Source of the DNA: Octopus sinensis
Lineage: Eukaryota
DNA length: 64,000 bases
Direction of reading: 5' to 3'
Assembly (NCBI RefSeq): GCF_006345805.1
Contig: NC_043015.1
Span: forward strand, 34,844,001-34,908,000
In this document: positions 37,528 through 49,700 of the stretch, piece by piece
Position numbering within the stretch: position 1 is the stretch's first letter
Layout: every line of letters starts with the position of its first letter
Program-made: the position numbers and the translations under genes
Notes under the pieces: generated by a model
Told to the model about the DNA's origin: nothing
Databases searched by the model: none
Seen by the model: only the letters and a program-made list of their open reading frames with translations

Positions 37528-39659
37528 ACAAATTGTTTTTAGCCCTTTAGAATTTAATCAGGCCATATCTGGCCCAAATATTCTACCTGTTTTAAGTCAA
37601 AATTGATCAGATCCACCCCCTCACACCTACCTTACAATGTCATTCTTGAAACATACCATTGAAATCTTGAAGCTACAAAATAATGTGTAATTAATTCAAA
37701 ATGATGTGAATAAATAAGCAATAGATTGAAGAAATCTGAAAGGTATTGACAGATAGTTTAGTATTTTAATGAATGTTAATGACAAGTGAAAATGGCAGCA
37801 AAGTAAGAAAATTGTTATCAGAATTTTATTATCACTAAATATTACAAATTAAATATAAATTCACTCCTCAAAGCTACTTCCAATTGACATCCATCTCTCA
37901 TTCTCATTAATGTTACCCACCATGGCTCATATTTATTACACCTATACCTGTTCATCATTCAATACATCTATTCCTTATATTTATATGGCTACTTCCATCC
38001 AACGTTTTTTATCCCTCTTTTACTCTCCCCTTAAATTCCTTCTCAACCATATTCACCTTCCCTGCTTCTCTCTTCTATTCACCTTGATTATATTACTTTG
38101 AGGATACATTGTTGCACTTCGTCACTACCATATTTATTCCGCTTACAGGCCCTGTGCCAGTCACCTCCACCTACCCATGCAGGTAGGTATGAATCTCCTT
38201 AACAATAAACCTGTTTGCGCTCCTCTCATACCTTTAGATCTCAACACTTGACATAAAGCAACCATCCTGTCTCACAGCTTTCGTGATACTCTGCTGCTTT
38301 GTAATGTTTTATATTTCGAATTTCTTACCAGTAGAGAAAGAGCCAGCTTAGAAACATCAACGGGTTAGTTTGGCTCGCATGGATGTGGAAATCGGTATGT
38401 CTATTGTGTGTGTACACAAAAATATTGTATGCTTATGTGTGTATGCGTTTATTACTGCTTCAAGGTTTTTACATACTATGACTGGCTTTGATAGCTTGCA
38501 GTTGTAATCTAAATAGATATGTTCTTACAGGTTTTGAGAAACCCTGAGATAGTCAAATATTCCCCAAAACCTAAAGCTGTAGCTTGGATAGAATAACTAT
38601 AGATTTCAAATCAGTTCAGCACGTTTTCTTTTCACTTACTAATCATTAACACTGTAACATGTCAACACCTGCTGAGCAACTGATTTCAACTACAGGGCAT
38701 ATTTTCTTTTCTCTGTTCCAGATCGATACTAGCATTTTATTGAAGTTTTTATAAAACATTCAACTAGCATTCTTTCATATCATGAGATTTTATCCCTTCA
38801 CATACCGTAACTTATATTTGTATTCTCAGGATTATTCTTTCTATAAATGTTGGTCTATAACGTTCAAGACACCTTATTTATAAGTGATACTCTGATGGCA
38901 TTCCTGATGTGAGTGATGTCCAGTGTATTAATTCCAATCCGCATCAGTTGTCGCACCTAAGTCGTTTATCTACCTGCATCCCTATTCCTTTTGTGCTTCA
39001 GATATTTTGTAATTCCCTGCAGGTCTACTGCAAAACCGTATCCTTCAAAATAATAAATAACATACGTGTGTATGTGTGCATGCTTCAGTATCGCCCCAGG
39101 ACAGTCTGTATCGATCTGACCTATAATCAAAGGCATTCCAGTTGTGACCATCAGTTATTTTTTCCACGGTAAACCCAGCACCACACCATCGAATATATTA
39201 TTTCCTCTTTTAAGCAGTAGAATGTGAATTAGAGCAGATTTGGTTGATATTTCTCACAGATCTTACAGGATGCCTTCTGGGCTCGGCACATTTCACGTTT
39301 GAAAATGGAATTCTGTATTCACTGTTAAATAAAAAATATTGTTGGTTAATCTAATTGAGTGACAGAAAGTAAAGTAATCTATAAGTAAGTTCCTTTAAAA
39401 TCGTTTGACCATTTCCTATAAAAGAAGCGATTTCGAATCAAAAGTACAACCAAAAATGAAAACAAAGGCAAATTATAAACTGCGGAAGTATTGAAAAGCG
39501 ATCAGGAAATTCGATTTTTGTAAGAATCGAGGATAGAAAGTCATCGCGTTACGATGTCTATTACACATGAGGCGAGGCGAGAGGACGTCTTCTTCCTATC
39601 AATGAAAAGTCTTTGATTTCATTCAGTTTCGTTACGATGACTGACAGTTATCTGCCCTT

Positions 39660-39846
39660 GGTTTCCCCAACCGGAAGTAGTTGTCTATTCACGTGATTTA
39701 GCGCCATTTTTGGTGATCACAACAGAAGAAGATATTATGCAGTCTTTGCTCCTTTTTTCCCTCTGAACGGCTTCTATTTATGAATGTTTAATTGCAATCA
39801 CTAGTTTTTAAGGCATATAAAAAGAAACAGGGATATTCATAAATGG
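39660..39846 (+). promoter_or_regulatory. Housekeeping-type promoter and candidate first exon ending ATG G|GTAAGT (ATG at 39843)
   Basis: CCGGAAGT (ETS-like), CACGTGA (E-box) and CGCCATTTT (YY1-like) within 40 bp, in a CpG-retaining island; consensus donor at 39847. Confidence 0.5.
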
Positions 39847-41539
39847 GTAAGTAGACGTTCTTCTTAATCCGAGGCCCCATCCCAGCAGCAACAAGTTTTC
39901 TTCTTGGATTCGATTGAATCTCAATTAAAATTGTGGAATTAAATGAACGAAGCAGATTTGGTCGAATAATTGGGAAGATCTGAGCGAGGGAGGGAAAAGA
40001 AACGAAGAAACACCTGAAAATGTTGATGGTGTGGGTATTTTGAAAATCGAATCTTCTCTGGTTCCAGTTTATTAACGTTTAATGATCTGAAATTATTTGG
40101 TTTTATTTTGGAGTTTTATGTTTATAATAATTTCATTTATGAATTTTCCTCTCCTTTTTGCATTGAAACCTTTTCGTAGCCGACTTCCGAAAATTTGTGG
40201 CAATCCTGAGCTAAATTTGAATAATGTGTAGGTGTTGTACTTTCAAGTGACGTTTATTCCTAATGTATTCACTTCGCTATTTACTTTCTTTTCTGTTCAA
40301 TCGAAGAAGAAGAAGCCTTTATTTACCGAATGTCACAATCGCTCCTCATTCATTTCCTTCTCTTCCCCTCCAACGACTTTTCTCACATCTCTCCTGCTCC
40401 ATTTTAATTGGATTCGCCGGACCGATTGTCAAAATAATTAGAGTAAGCAACTTCGTACACAATTTGGTCTCATTGTATTTGTGCGATCAGGTGAACTATA
40501 TTTTGCTGGAACATGTTACATATTTTAGATTTTTGCAGTTTCTCTTGTCGACATTGGCATTTCACTTTCGGAAATCCAAATGACATTTACCAAAGTCCAT
40601 AATAATTGCACCTCCTCAGAAATTGCACTTCAGTTTATGACAAGTTTATTTCTTAAATAGCTTGTATAATATTTTTTATAATCATTTGCACTTTAGTTTC
40701 GCCCACTGACTTCAACATCAAATTTGTTGACTGAAAAAAATTGTAAAATTCTCATTTATCAACTTTTTTCTTCTAATAAATGAAACGTTAAGTGTACTTT
40801 GCTATTCTATTTCTGTTTATCGTTTTGCCGCGCGCACGCACATCCTTTTCGTTATTTCTTTTGTAATTTTGTTCCTTTTCTCATGTTTTTACTCTTGTAA
40901 ACTTTATGAAATGTGACTCGAAATCCGAGCTGAAAATTATTCTCATCTAAATTTCTCTCTCAAAACGGAAGTCGAAAGATGGGCCTTAACCTAATGAATT
41001 GTCGATCATCCTTTCGTAGAATACGGAGGCAATCTTGATGACAATCCTGATAGAAAATTCATTCATCTACCTAAATATTTTAATGCCGACTAAATTTGTT
41101 TGCATGCAATACAATCAGTGTGCTATAAATATTTGACATGAGGAGAGGTTTCTTAAGGTGAACCAAAAGCAACTTGTAGTTGAAAAAAAAATAGTCAACT
41201 TTTAGTCAGGATAATCAGCGGGGAAGGCTGTACCTATGACCTCCGAGACTAGTAGGAGCGCTTAAATGCTTGTGGCAGAATGGGAAGGTCTGCTAGCCAT
41301 CAGGTAATTCAATGCACCTGACAAATCACATTTCTTCTATTGCAAAGTTGTACAACTTTGTCATGGAAGAATGTTGTAGTTTGCTTAATGCATTGAATAA
41401 TTGTGTAGAAAATCTGTCTGATATAGAAGACAGTAGCAATATAGATAAAGCATTATGAAAATAACAAAGCTATTAAAATATTACCTTAGAAATATTTGAT
41501 CTTGTGATTATATTTTGGCTTGAGAAAACCGTTACTAAA

Positions 41540-42560
41540 ATAGGATATAAATTACACGCCCATTATGTTTGCCTGACTTTCTTGTGTGTGATCTTTGGAT
41601 TACGTGTGTGACTATGGAATGTGTTATATGGGTTATCATTGTCAGGATGAGGTGTGCCTGGAGAAATTGAATTGAATCTTGTGGTACTTGGTGACAGTAG
41701 GGTGTGGTTATTTACAATAGCTGCTGGCACTCATTCAATTTGATCCAGTTGTTAATTGCTGGCTTTTTGTTGTTGTTGTTCCGAATGGTTTCTTTTATCT
41801 GCAGTTTATTGACACTACTGTCTGTGGCTTCCATGGTAGGTTCTTATGTCGCTGCATTTTTACAGGATTTTCTTTTTTTACCAATACTGCTTGCACATTG
41901 GAGATGTTTTTGATTTGGATATTTAATGTTCAAGTCAGCCAGCCAATGCTCAAGATCTGATGCAATTATGCAAGCACATGTCCATCTTGCAGATGGTGCA
42001 ATCAGCCCGTGTACTTAGGTCTCTATTGTCAGGGAGCCTTTTCTTTCATAAACATTTCTGTGGGGATGGAGAAAGTCCTGAGATACCCAATTATATATCT
42101 AATCTTTAATGCATTAGGAACACTTATACTGTCTTCAAAGTGTGGTAACTTCAGAAACAGGTATTCAATAAGTTCTTGCATTTCTTGGGTTCCTGACATC
42201 TAAATGGATGCTGGATATCTCATCCCTTTTGGAAATTTATGGTATGAATGGTCTAATCTTCAATGTTATTGCACTCTACTGGATATGCGTGTGTTCATTT
42301 TGTATGTAGCTAGCCTTAGTGCTGACAGGGCAGGCTGATCGGTAGTGGATACAATCTCAGTTGTCAGCTTTCTTACAGAATTTGTTATTGATGTTACCTT
42401 CGTCTGTGACATTAGGGTGAAAGTTGAGTTGAGACGGGGGTTCAGTGTTACTGAAATGTTTGATGTTGAATCCTATGTGGTCATCCAGGCTTCAAAACAT
42501 TCCAAATATTGTGTTAGCTTTTTCATGGAAAGATGTGTGAATGAGTGTATCAATCAATAT
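41540..42560 (-). mobile_element. Very decayed Penelope-like fragment
   Basis: Only remnants of RT C-terminal and GIY-YIG-type segments, with many stops. Confidence 0.45.
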
Positions 42561-42771
42561 ATTTGGTAAAAGGACAAGAGTGGCAGATGTAGAGTGTATG
42601 GCATTCTAGCTGGTCCATTATAAGTGATGGCTAGTATGCCTAACTGTTGTAATGAGTAAACCTGATATCTGTGAGTTTGTTTGAGAAAACCGAAACATTT
42701 TTATGATGACGGACAAGATTAACAGATGCTAGAAGTGGCAAGACCAAAACAGATATTTGAAGAAGGATTAA

Positions 42772-42971
42772 CACTTAAGCATTCAAACAGGCTATATCCG
42801 ACCTCATTTATGTTAAAAATGGTCAGATCCAACATCTTGCACTCACCCCACAATGTCATTCTAAAAATAAACAATCACATCAAAATCTTGAAGTGATGAG
42901 ATAATTCATGATTAATTCAAAACAAAGTGAATAAGAATTACATTTCACAGAATCACCTGAATGCTAAAGGG
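42772..42971. mobile_element. piggyBac-type MITE with TTAA flanks; partial copy at about 37543-37740
   Basis: TTAA flanks; ends CTGAATGCTAAAGGG; homologous to 57223-57441. Confidence 0.7.
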
Positions 42972-45389
42972 TTAAAAGTGAGTAGTGAGGTGTAGAAAGA
43001 CATCACCAAGGTTGGAAGTTGTTGATTGATACCTGATACATATGATAGATAACCACTGCTTTTGATGGAATGCAGTTAGTCCGTTATAAAAATTATAGAA
43101 ATATAATTATTGCCTAAATTTGGATGAAACTTGACTGGATGTCATGATTGTTGGTGTACATTTGTGAAAATAGTTTTTAACCTGTTATGATATTATTGTC
43201 ACATGCCAAGGTAGGTTGTATATAGGTAAGTTGATTACAGATAAATGTTTTCATATACATTTACAAGATATCAATTCATGTCTCTGAGCTGAATATGTGT
43301 ACCAACTGTCTCTAACTGAGAAGCTGCACAATTCCCATTACAAGTATTCTGAGATATGCGTTTGTCTCCTCTATTTATATAATAAAGGTGGAGTTGCCCT
43401 TTTGCTGTGCATATCTTGTAGTCACACTGCTCCAACTAACAAAAATCTCTTCAGGATGAAAAGTTGAAAATGCTCAATGGACTTTGCTTGTATGGCCCTC
43501 GTCACTAACAGAAATAGCATTGTTATAAATAGCTTTTACAACAATTCAGAACCATTCAATCTTGATATCGTCTTATATCATTAGTGTGCACAGATAACAC
43601 TGAAATATTACTGTAATTATTTTTGTCAAGCTCAAACTCTTTTTCTTTAATTAAACCATTAATAAGTAATGATAAATATAATCAAATTCTAACTTAAATG
43701 CTTTAGTTATTAACTACCATGATACCCATAAATTAAAGGAAGAAAATATTCATTACAATTCACTCCAAAAAAGCCTCAAAATAAACCCACGTTATAAACT
43801 GGAAGTCATTTCGAAATGAGGATTAAACTTTCGCACCCTTCGTTCCAGCTTTTCAACTTCAAACACCAGCATCTGAAACTAGGTTAATGCATTCCAGGAG
43901 TCAGTGGTGTTTCTGTTTATTTGTAGTATTAGGCTTTGATTAGTTACTTTTATATTAGTAACAACCTTGGTGAAAACGAGGCTTTTTAAATTCCAGCAGT
44001 AAAAATTTCTAGAATAACTAATTAAAAATAAAAATTATTGACACAGGCATGGCTATGTGGTTAAGAAGTTCACTTGAAAACCACATGGTTAGGAGTTTGG
44101 TCCCACTGTGTGAACATTGTTGGCTGGTCTTCTGTGCCACAGTCATGGGTCAAACCAAAGAAGACTATAGTGGGTATTCATATATATAAACAAACCATGT
44201 GAAACGTCAAAAGAAGTGAACCTCAGTATCATTGGCAGTAGACTATATTACACACAATAATTCAATGATTGTTGCACATCTTCAGCAGCTGTACAAGTCT
44301 GGTGTGCATGATACCAGCGATTACCAAGCATATACAGGCACAAGTATGGCTGTGTGCTTAAACTTGCTTTGCAAACATACTTTTGGGTAAGTTCTGCTAT
44401 GCAGCACCTTGGGCAAGTGTCTTCTATAGTCTCAAGGTAACCAATGCTTTGTGGGTAAATTTGGTTGATGGAAACTCTGTGGAAGCTCATCGTATGTGTG
44501 TTGGTTTGTCTTCCCACTGCTTGACAATCTGTGTTGGTTTGTTTATGTTCCCTTAACAGACTGATAGAAGTACCAGACTTAGAAAAATTAGAACTGAAGG
44601 TGATCTGTTAGATTAAACTATTCAAAGCGATGTCCCAGCATAGCTACAGTCCAATAACTAAAACTAAAAATTATAAAAGATACTCATACATATTTAGAAT
44701 AAAAAGAAGACACACAAATTTCACACATAATTCATAATTTGTGCTCAACAGCCACTTGAGTGGCATAAAACCTTATATAATTATGTGTATGTGTATCTGT
44801 GTACATGTTTCAATGAATTTGTATTTTCCTTTGTCTTCATGTGTTTGCTGACTGTATACAAAAACCTGTATTAGTATGAGGAATTTAAAAAGTGTAATTT
44901 TCAGATATGTTACCATGACTACTGTCATTTTAATGAAAGGTAATGTCTTTTAAATAGGAAAAAGAAATTTGTGAAATAGTTTATATATAAATAGAACATC
45001 AAAACTTTGATAAATTCAACTGCAATAAAGAATTTTTAATGTGGTGAAGGTATAATTAAAATATTCTATTGTTTTTAAGTTATCTCTGTATTTGACAAGC
45101 ATTAGACCTAACCTTAATAGACAGAAAAATGTTGGAGATCTGATTGTTTCTACCAAGAACCCCCAAATAGTCTCCTTGATACCTGACCTTCAATTCACAT
45201 GCTGCTATTCACTTTATTTTCCTAATGGGAATGTAACTTCCTTCATTTTATTATTTCAATAAGTGATGCATTTGATTTCAGTGAGAGCAAATCTACTTAC
45301 TACATAAAAAGTAATTTGTATTCAGTCAACCTTTTTTACTAATAGATTCAAAATTTTATATATACCAATGTTAATGTTCAGTTCATTAT

Positions 45390-45880
45390 CAACATATGAC
45401 AGTGTGTGTCTTGAGAGAAAAATTGAATATAATAGACATTAAATGTAGTGTGCAAGAGAGAAGACTGTGCTGGTGTGGTCATGTGATGTATATGGATTGG
45501 GACTGCTGCATAAAGAAGTGCTGATTGCTAACTGTGGAGGGAACCTGTGGAAGAGGTGGACCCAGGAAGGCATGGGACATGGTGGTAAGATATGATCTAC
45601 TGATGTTGAGGCTCACAGAAGCAATGACAAGTGACCAAAATCTTTGGCGATTTGCTGTGCTTGAGAAGACATGTCAAGCTAAGAGAAATCATAGTCATGG
45701 CTAATGCCAGTGACATGTAAAAGACACCTAGTACATTGTGGAGTGGTTGGCATTAGGAAGTGCATCCAACTGTAGAGACCAAGCTAAAACAGACTGCAGC
45801 CTGGTGTGGCTCTCTGGCTTACCAGCCTCAGTGTTACCCATGGTAGCATGGAAAATGGATGCTAAATGATGATGATGATG
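45390..45880 (+). mobile_element. RTE LINE 3' end; another fragment at about 46720-47230
   Basis: CSVQERRL.W.GHV and TVEGTCGRG motifs shared with the 52.8-55.2 kb copy; (GAT)n tail. Confidence 0.8.
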
Positions 45881-45964
45881 ATTGTTAAGAAAATACTGGC
45901 TGATTGAATAATGTGGCAGCCTCTTTTTTTGAAGAATTGTCTATTCATAGCATCTATTATATAT

Positions 45965-46490
45965 ATACAAGGTGGTATGAAAAAGTTCCTGGACTAGTTT
46001 TGTAGTGCACCAACAGATGGTAGCATATAGTTGCTTGCACAGTCAGAGCTAGCAGTGTACCGAGTGACTTTGCCGTGTTTACTTTGCAAGTTGTGAAATT
46101 TACGGCTGTAGTTAGTGATTTTTGTCATGGAACAATGAGTCAATGTGAAATTTTTTGTTAAACTTGAGAAATCTGTTACAAAGACATTGAATATGCTTCA
46201 GTAAGCTTACATCAATAAGGCAATGGGTCGTACACAATGTTTCAAGTGGCATGGGTGCCTCAAAGTGTCCCCGGAAGACCTTCCACAAGCGTCACCTCTG
46301 GAAATGTTTGTGCATGCAGACGGTCAGAAGACAATGATGTTTTGAAGTGTTTGAGGGAGGACTTTCAGCAGAAGTGACCAGATCGGTGGGGCATGAAGAA
46401 TTGGGTCCTTCATGACGATAATGCACCCTGTCACCAAGCTCTCCTCACTCTTGAGTTGTTCACCAAAAACAACATGGTATTGCTTCTGCA
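45965..46490 (+). mobile_element. Internally deleted mariner
   Basis: TA plus TIR-like start; VKFFVKL, MGRTQCFKWH, NWVLHDDNAPCH. Confidence 0.8.
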
Positions 46491-47449
46491 ATAGGAACAA
46501 AGAGAGAGAAAGAGAACAAAAGATTTACCTTAAAATCATAACAGAGGAAGCTTATTGTGCATATATACACAAATATTTTTGGAAGATTTTGCCAATAGCA
46601 TTTTAATTTTGTTTCTAATCACTTTAGCTGTATTGCAGTTGGACCAAATACACTTCAATTCTTTATATTAACACATTAAGTAAATTTTCTTAAATACCCA
46701 GATGGCTCACTAGAATTAGCTGATAGCTTTTAATAGCTAGGAGATGTAATTAGCAAGCTAGGTGGTTGTTCTGAAAGTATAGCAGCCAGGGTAAAAACCA
46801 GTTGGAGAAAGTTCAGAGAGCTGCTAACATTGGCAATAAATATCTTCTTCCTCCGATAGAAGACAAATTGTTTGATGTTTGTTGGAACTGCAATACTGCA
46901 CTGTAATGAAACAGGAACATTGAATGCAGAGGACTTGAGAAGACTGGAGAGAAATTAAGCTAGCGTACTCTGTTAATTGTTCATGTACACTCACATTATA
47001 CATTCAAGTACAACTGTTTTGAGGGAAAACTAGGCAGAAGACGAATCAGATATAATGTGCAAGATAAAAGAATGCACTGGTATGGACATGTTCTGCATGT
47101 GGAATAGGACAGCTGCATAAAGTGTTGCTCACTTAATGTGGATTGAGTTTGCTGAGGAGGGAGACCCAGGAAAACATAGGATGAAATAGTGAAGGATGAC
47201 TTCAAGACCTTGAACATCATGATCAGACAACAAGGCAATATATGGTTCCCTAACAGACCCACCCAACTTGATGAAACTGAGTTCTTGAGGTACTGTGTGT
47301 GTGTGTATATATATGATGGATTCTCTTGTCATGAATGACAAATGACGGTTCAGTAAATAAAGTGTTAATCATGTTCTATGTACATGGATGTGTCTCTTGA
47401 CACCTGCTAGTGCTTTGCAAACCTTTCAGTAAATGTAACAAGTTGTGGA

Positions 47450-47920
47450 CTCAGTTTGCTTGAGTATTTGTGGATCATTCGCTATATGCTTTCTTGAGGG
47501 GACAACAAGGCCTGTTTTGTTCCGTGTCACAAAACTGCAATGACAGGTGAGATTTCCATTTAGAGGAGGAGCAGTGTTTTGCCTTCTTGCTTGCATAAAG
47601 TTAATCCTGATGTTGGAGTCAACTTTGCTCAAATTTTTGAACTGAGGAGAAGCAGGACTGGCACCAGGTCCTGCGTTCTGATGCTTTGTTTTTTCCAGGA
47701 AGAAAACAGAATGGTGCATCGCTTCAGATTGTCTTTTAGTTTGTCTTTGAAGTGCAAAAGTGGCCTTCCAACTGACCTTCCTGTTGGGAATTGGCCTAAG
47801 AGAAGTTTCTTTGGAATTCTGATACCACTCTTGCGTGAGCCTGACCATCTAAGCTGTATTTTGATGAGGATGGCTTCAATACCTGATATGTTGCATTTTG
47901 TTAGTTCCTCACTGTTATGA
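47450..47920 (-). mobile_element. RTE-clade (BovB-like) LINE 3' fragment
   Basis: GIEAILIKIQLRWSG, RIPKKLL, GRPLLHFKDKLKDNLK, terminal CHC...GL zinc-finger-like remnant. Confidence 0.7.
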
Positions 47921-48624
47921 GTCTATCTATGCACAACTGGGACCTTTGTCTAATTTCCTCCTCGTGACACTCTTATTGCAACTTTTCTTTGACATCATTA
48001 ATCTTTCTCACTGCCCAGAACCATTTCACTAGATTCCTCCTTCATCTTTATGCTGTCCTCTCCACCCACATTTCACTTTGATCACCCTCCTGAGCCACCA
48101 GCATACATCTCTCGCTCTTCCCTTGCATGATGCTTACCTCTGGTCTCCTACCCAGATACATGTTGTCTCTCACTCATTCTTCCTTTGACTATTATCAATA
48201 CTTCTATTTAGATCTTCACTGTCATGCATCAGTGGACTCCTTCACCCCTTATAAACACACATACAAATCCATACACACACACAATCATACCAGTATGCCT
48301 ATGCACCAATGCATGTGGATATATATACATGTACATATACACATATATAAGCACCTACACAAATGTATGCAAGAATATATGTAGCCAGTGACTAAGGCTA
48401 AAGGGTAAACACTCTTATTAGGTGAATCTGGGTTTATTGAAAGTGAAATTTAAATAAATCATATGTAATAAAAAATAACATCTAAAATTAAATCAAGAAT
48501 TAAAGGAAATTTAGATCCCAAAATGTTAGAAACAGAGCAGTCATAAAATAGTAACAACTTCGGTTTGGGATGTAACAGGTATGGGTATGAGAGACTGGAA
48601 TGCTAAATAGCCATAAGTTATTAA

Positions 48625-49700
48625 CCCTTTCGTTACTATATTTCTGACCAAAATACACCCCTTATGTGTTTCAATTAATTTCTAACATAATCATAAATTT
48701 AGTCTGGTTTCATTAAACAACTATAACTTTTTTATTTATTAATATATTAAAGTGATTTTTGGAAGATAAGTTAATGAAGTGTTCTCAACCAATTCTATAC
48801 TATAATTTTTGTCACAAAGTGACTCTAATTGCAGGTAGATACAGGTAAATTCAACAAAATATAAAATTATTAAAATTTTGTTCAAACATCACTATAGAAA
48901 ATGGGTTATTAGCTAATATTCAATTCGGTATACAACAAAATTTTACGATAGAATTTGTTATTCTGGGTAACTTTCTGATACCCATAATAATATTTATGGT
49001 AAAATAGTCTTAATTTCATTTAAGGTTATGGGAAACCACTAACTATCCTTTCTTTCGCTTTGTTTACATTTAGCGTAACGGTTCGTTTCCGCCGTAATGA
49101 TTTCAAATAGGCTCATTTGAAAAAGTAAAAAGAAATAGTCTAAGGCTTTACTCTCCTGTGAAAGTCTGTGGCTTGGTCCAGTTTCTTCAGAAAAATCACC
49201 GAAAGAAACAGTTTTTAAATTTTCACTCCATTCAGGTGCCAATTCATTTTCTTTATCGCTGTCGGAGCTCTCGGATTCACTGTTTTCACTTTCGGAAAAT
49301 GAAACATCAGATTCATTATCAAATACCATGTGCTTTTTTTTTTCAGTCATAGAGTTAGATTTATGAAGGTCTTCAGTAGAAAATCCTTCGAATTCTGACT
49401 CGCTGCTTGATATAATGAAATTCGTATCCATTTTTTGTCAGAATTACAAATTTTGAAAACTCAAAAGGAACAAATTTCAGGAAAAAATCTCCCAAAATTC
49501 ACGGAATTAAAATTACACTTCGATTGTTGTACAAAACTGTAGTTGAACTGTTTACGAAGTATAATACGTGTTTTCACGAATGTACTAAAGAGATTTGCTC
49601 TGATATTCTCATTTAAATATGAATAGGTAAATACGGGCGGGTTTGGGCGGTTTGGTCACATTAACCAAAATTGTTTTCGGGCGGTTTGGTAACGAAAGAG
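48625..49700 (-). mobile_element. Internally deleted piggyBac with transposase N-terminal ORF (49039-49431)
   Basis: TTAA TSD on both sides; TIR CCCTTTCGTTAC / GTAACGAAAGAG (1 mismatch); acidic N-terminus, TGP, ALDYFFLLF, ETNRYA; subterminal GGGCGGTTTGG repeats. Confidence 0.88.
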
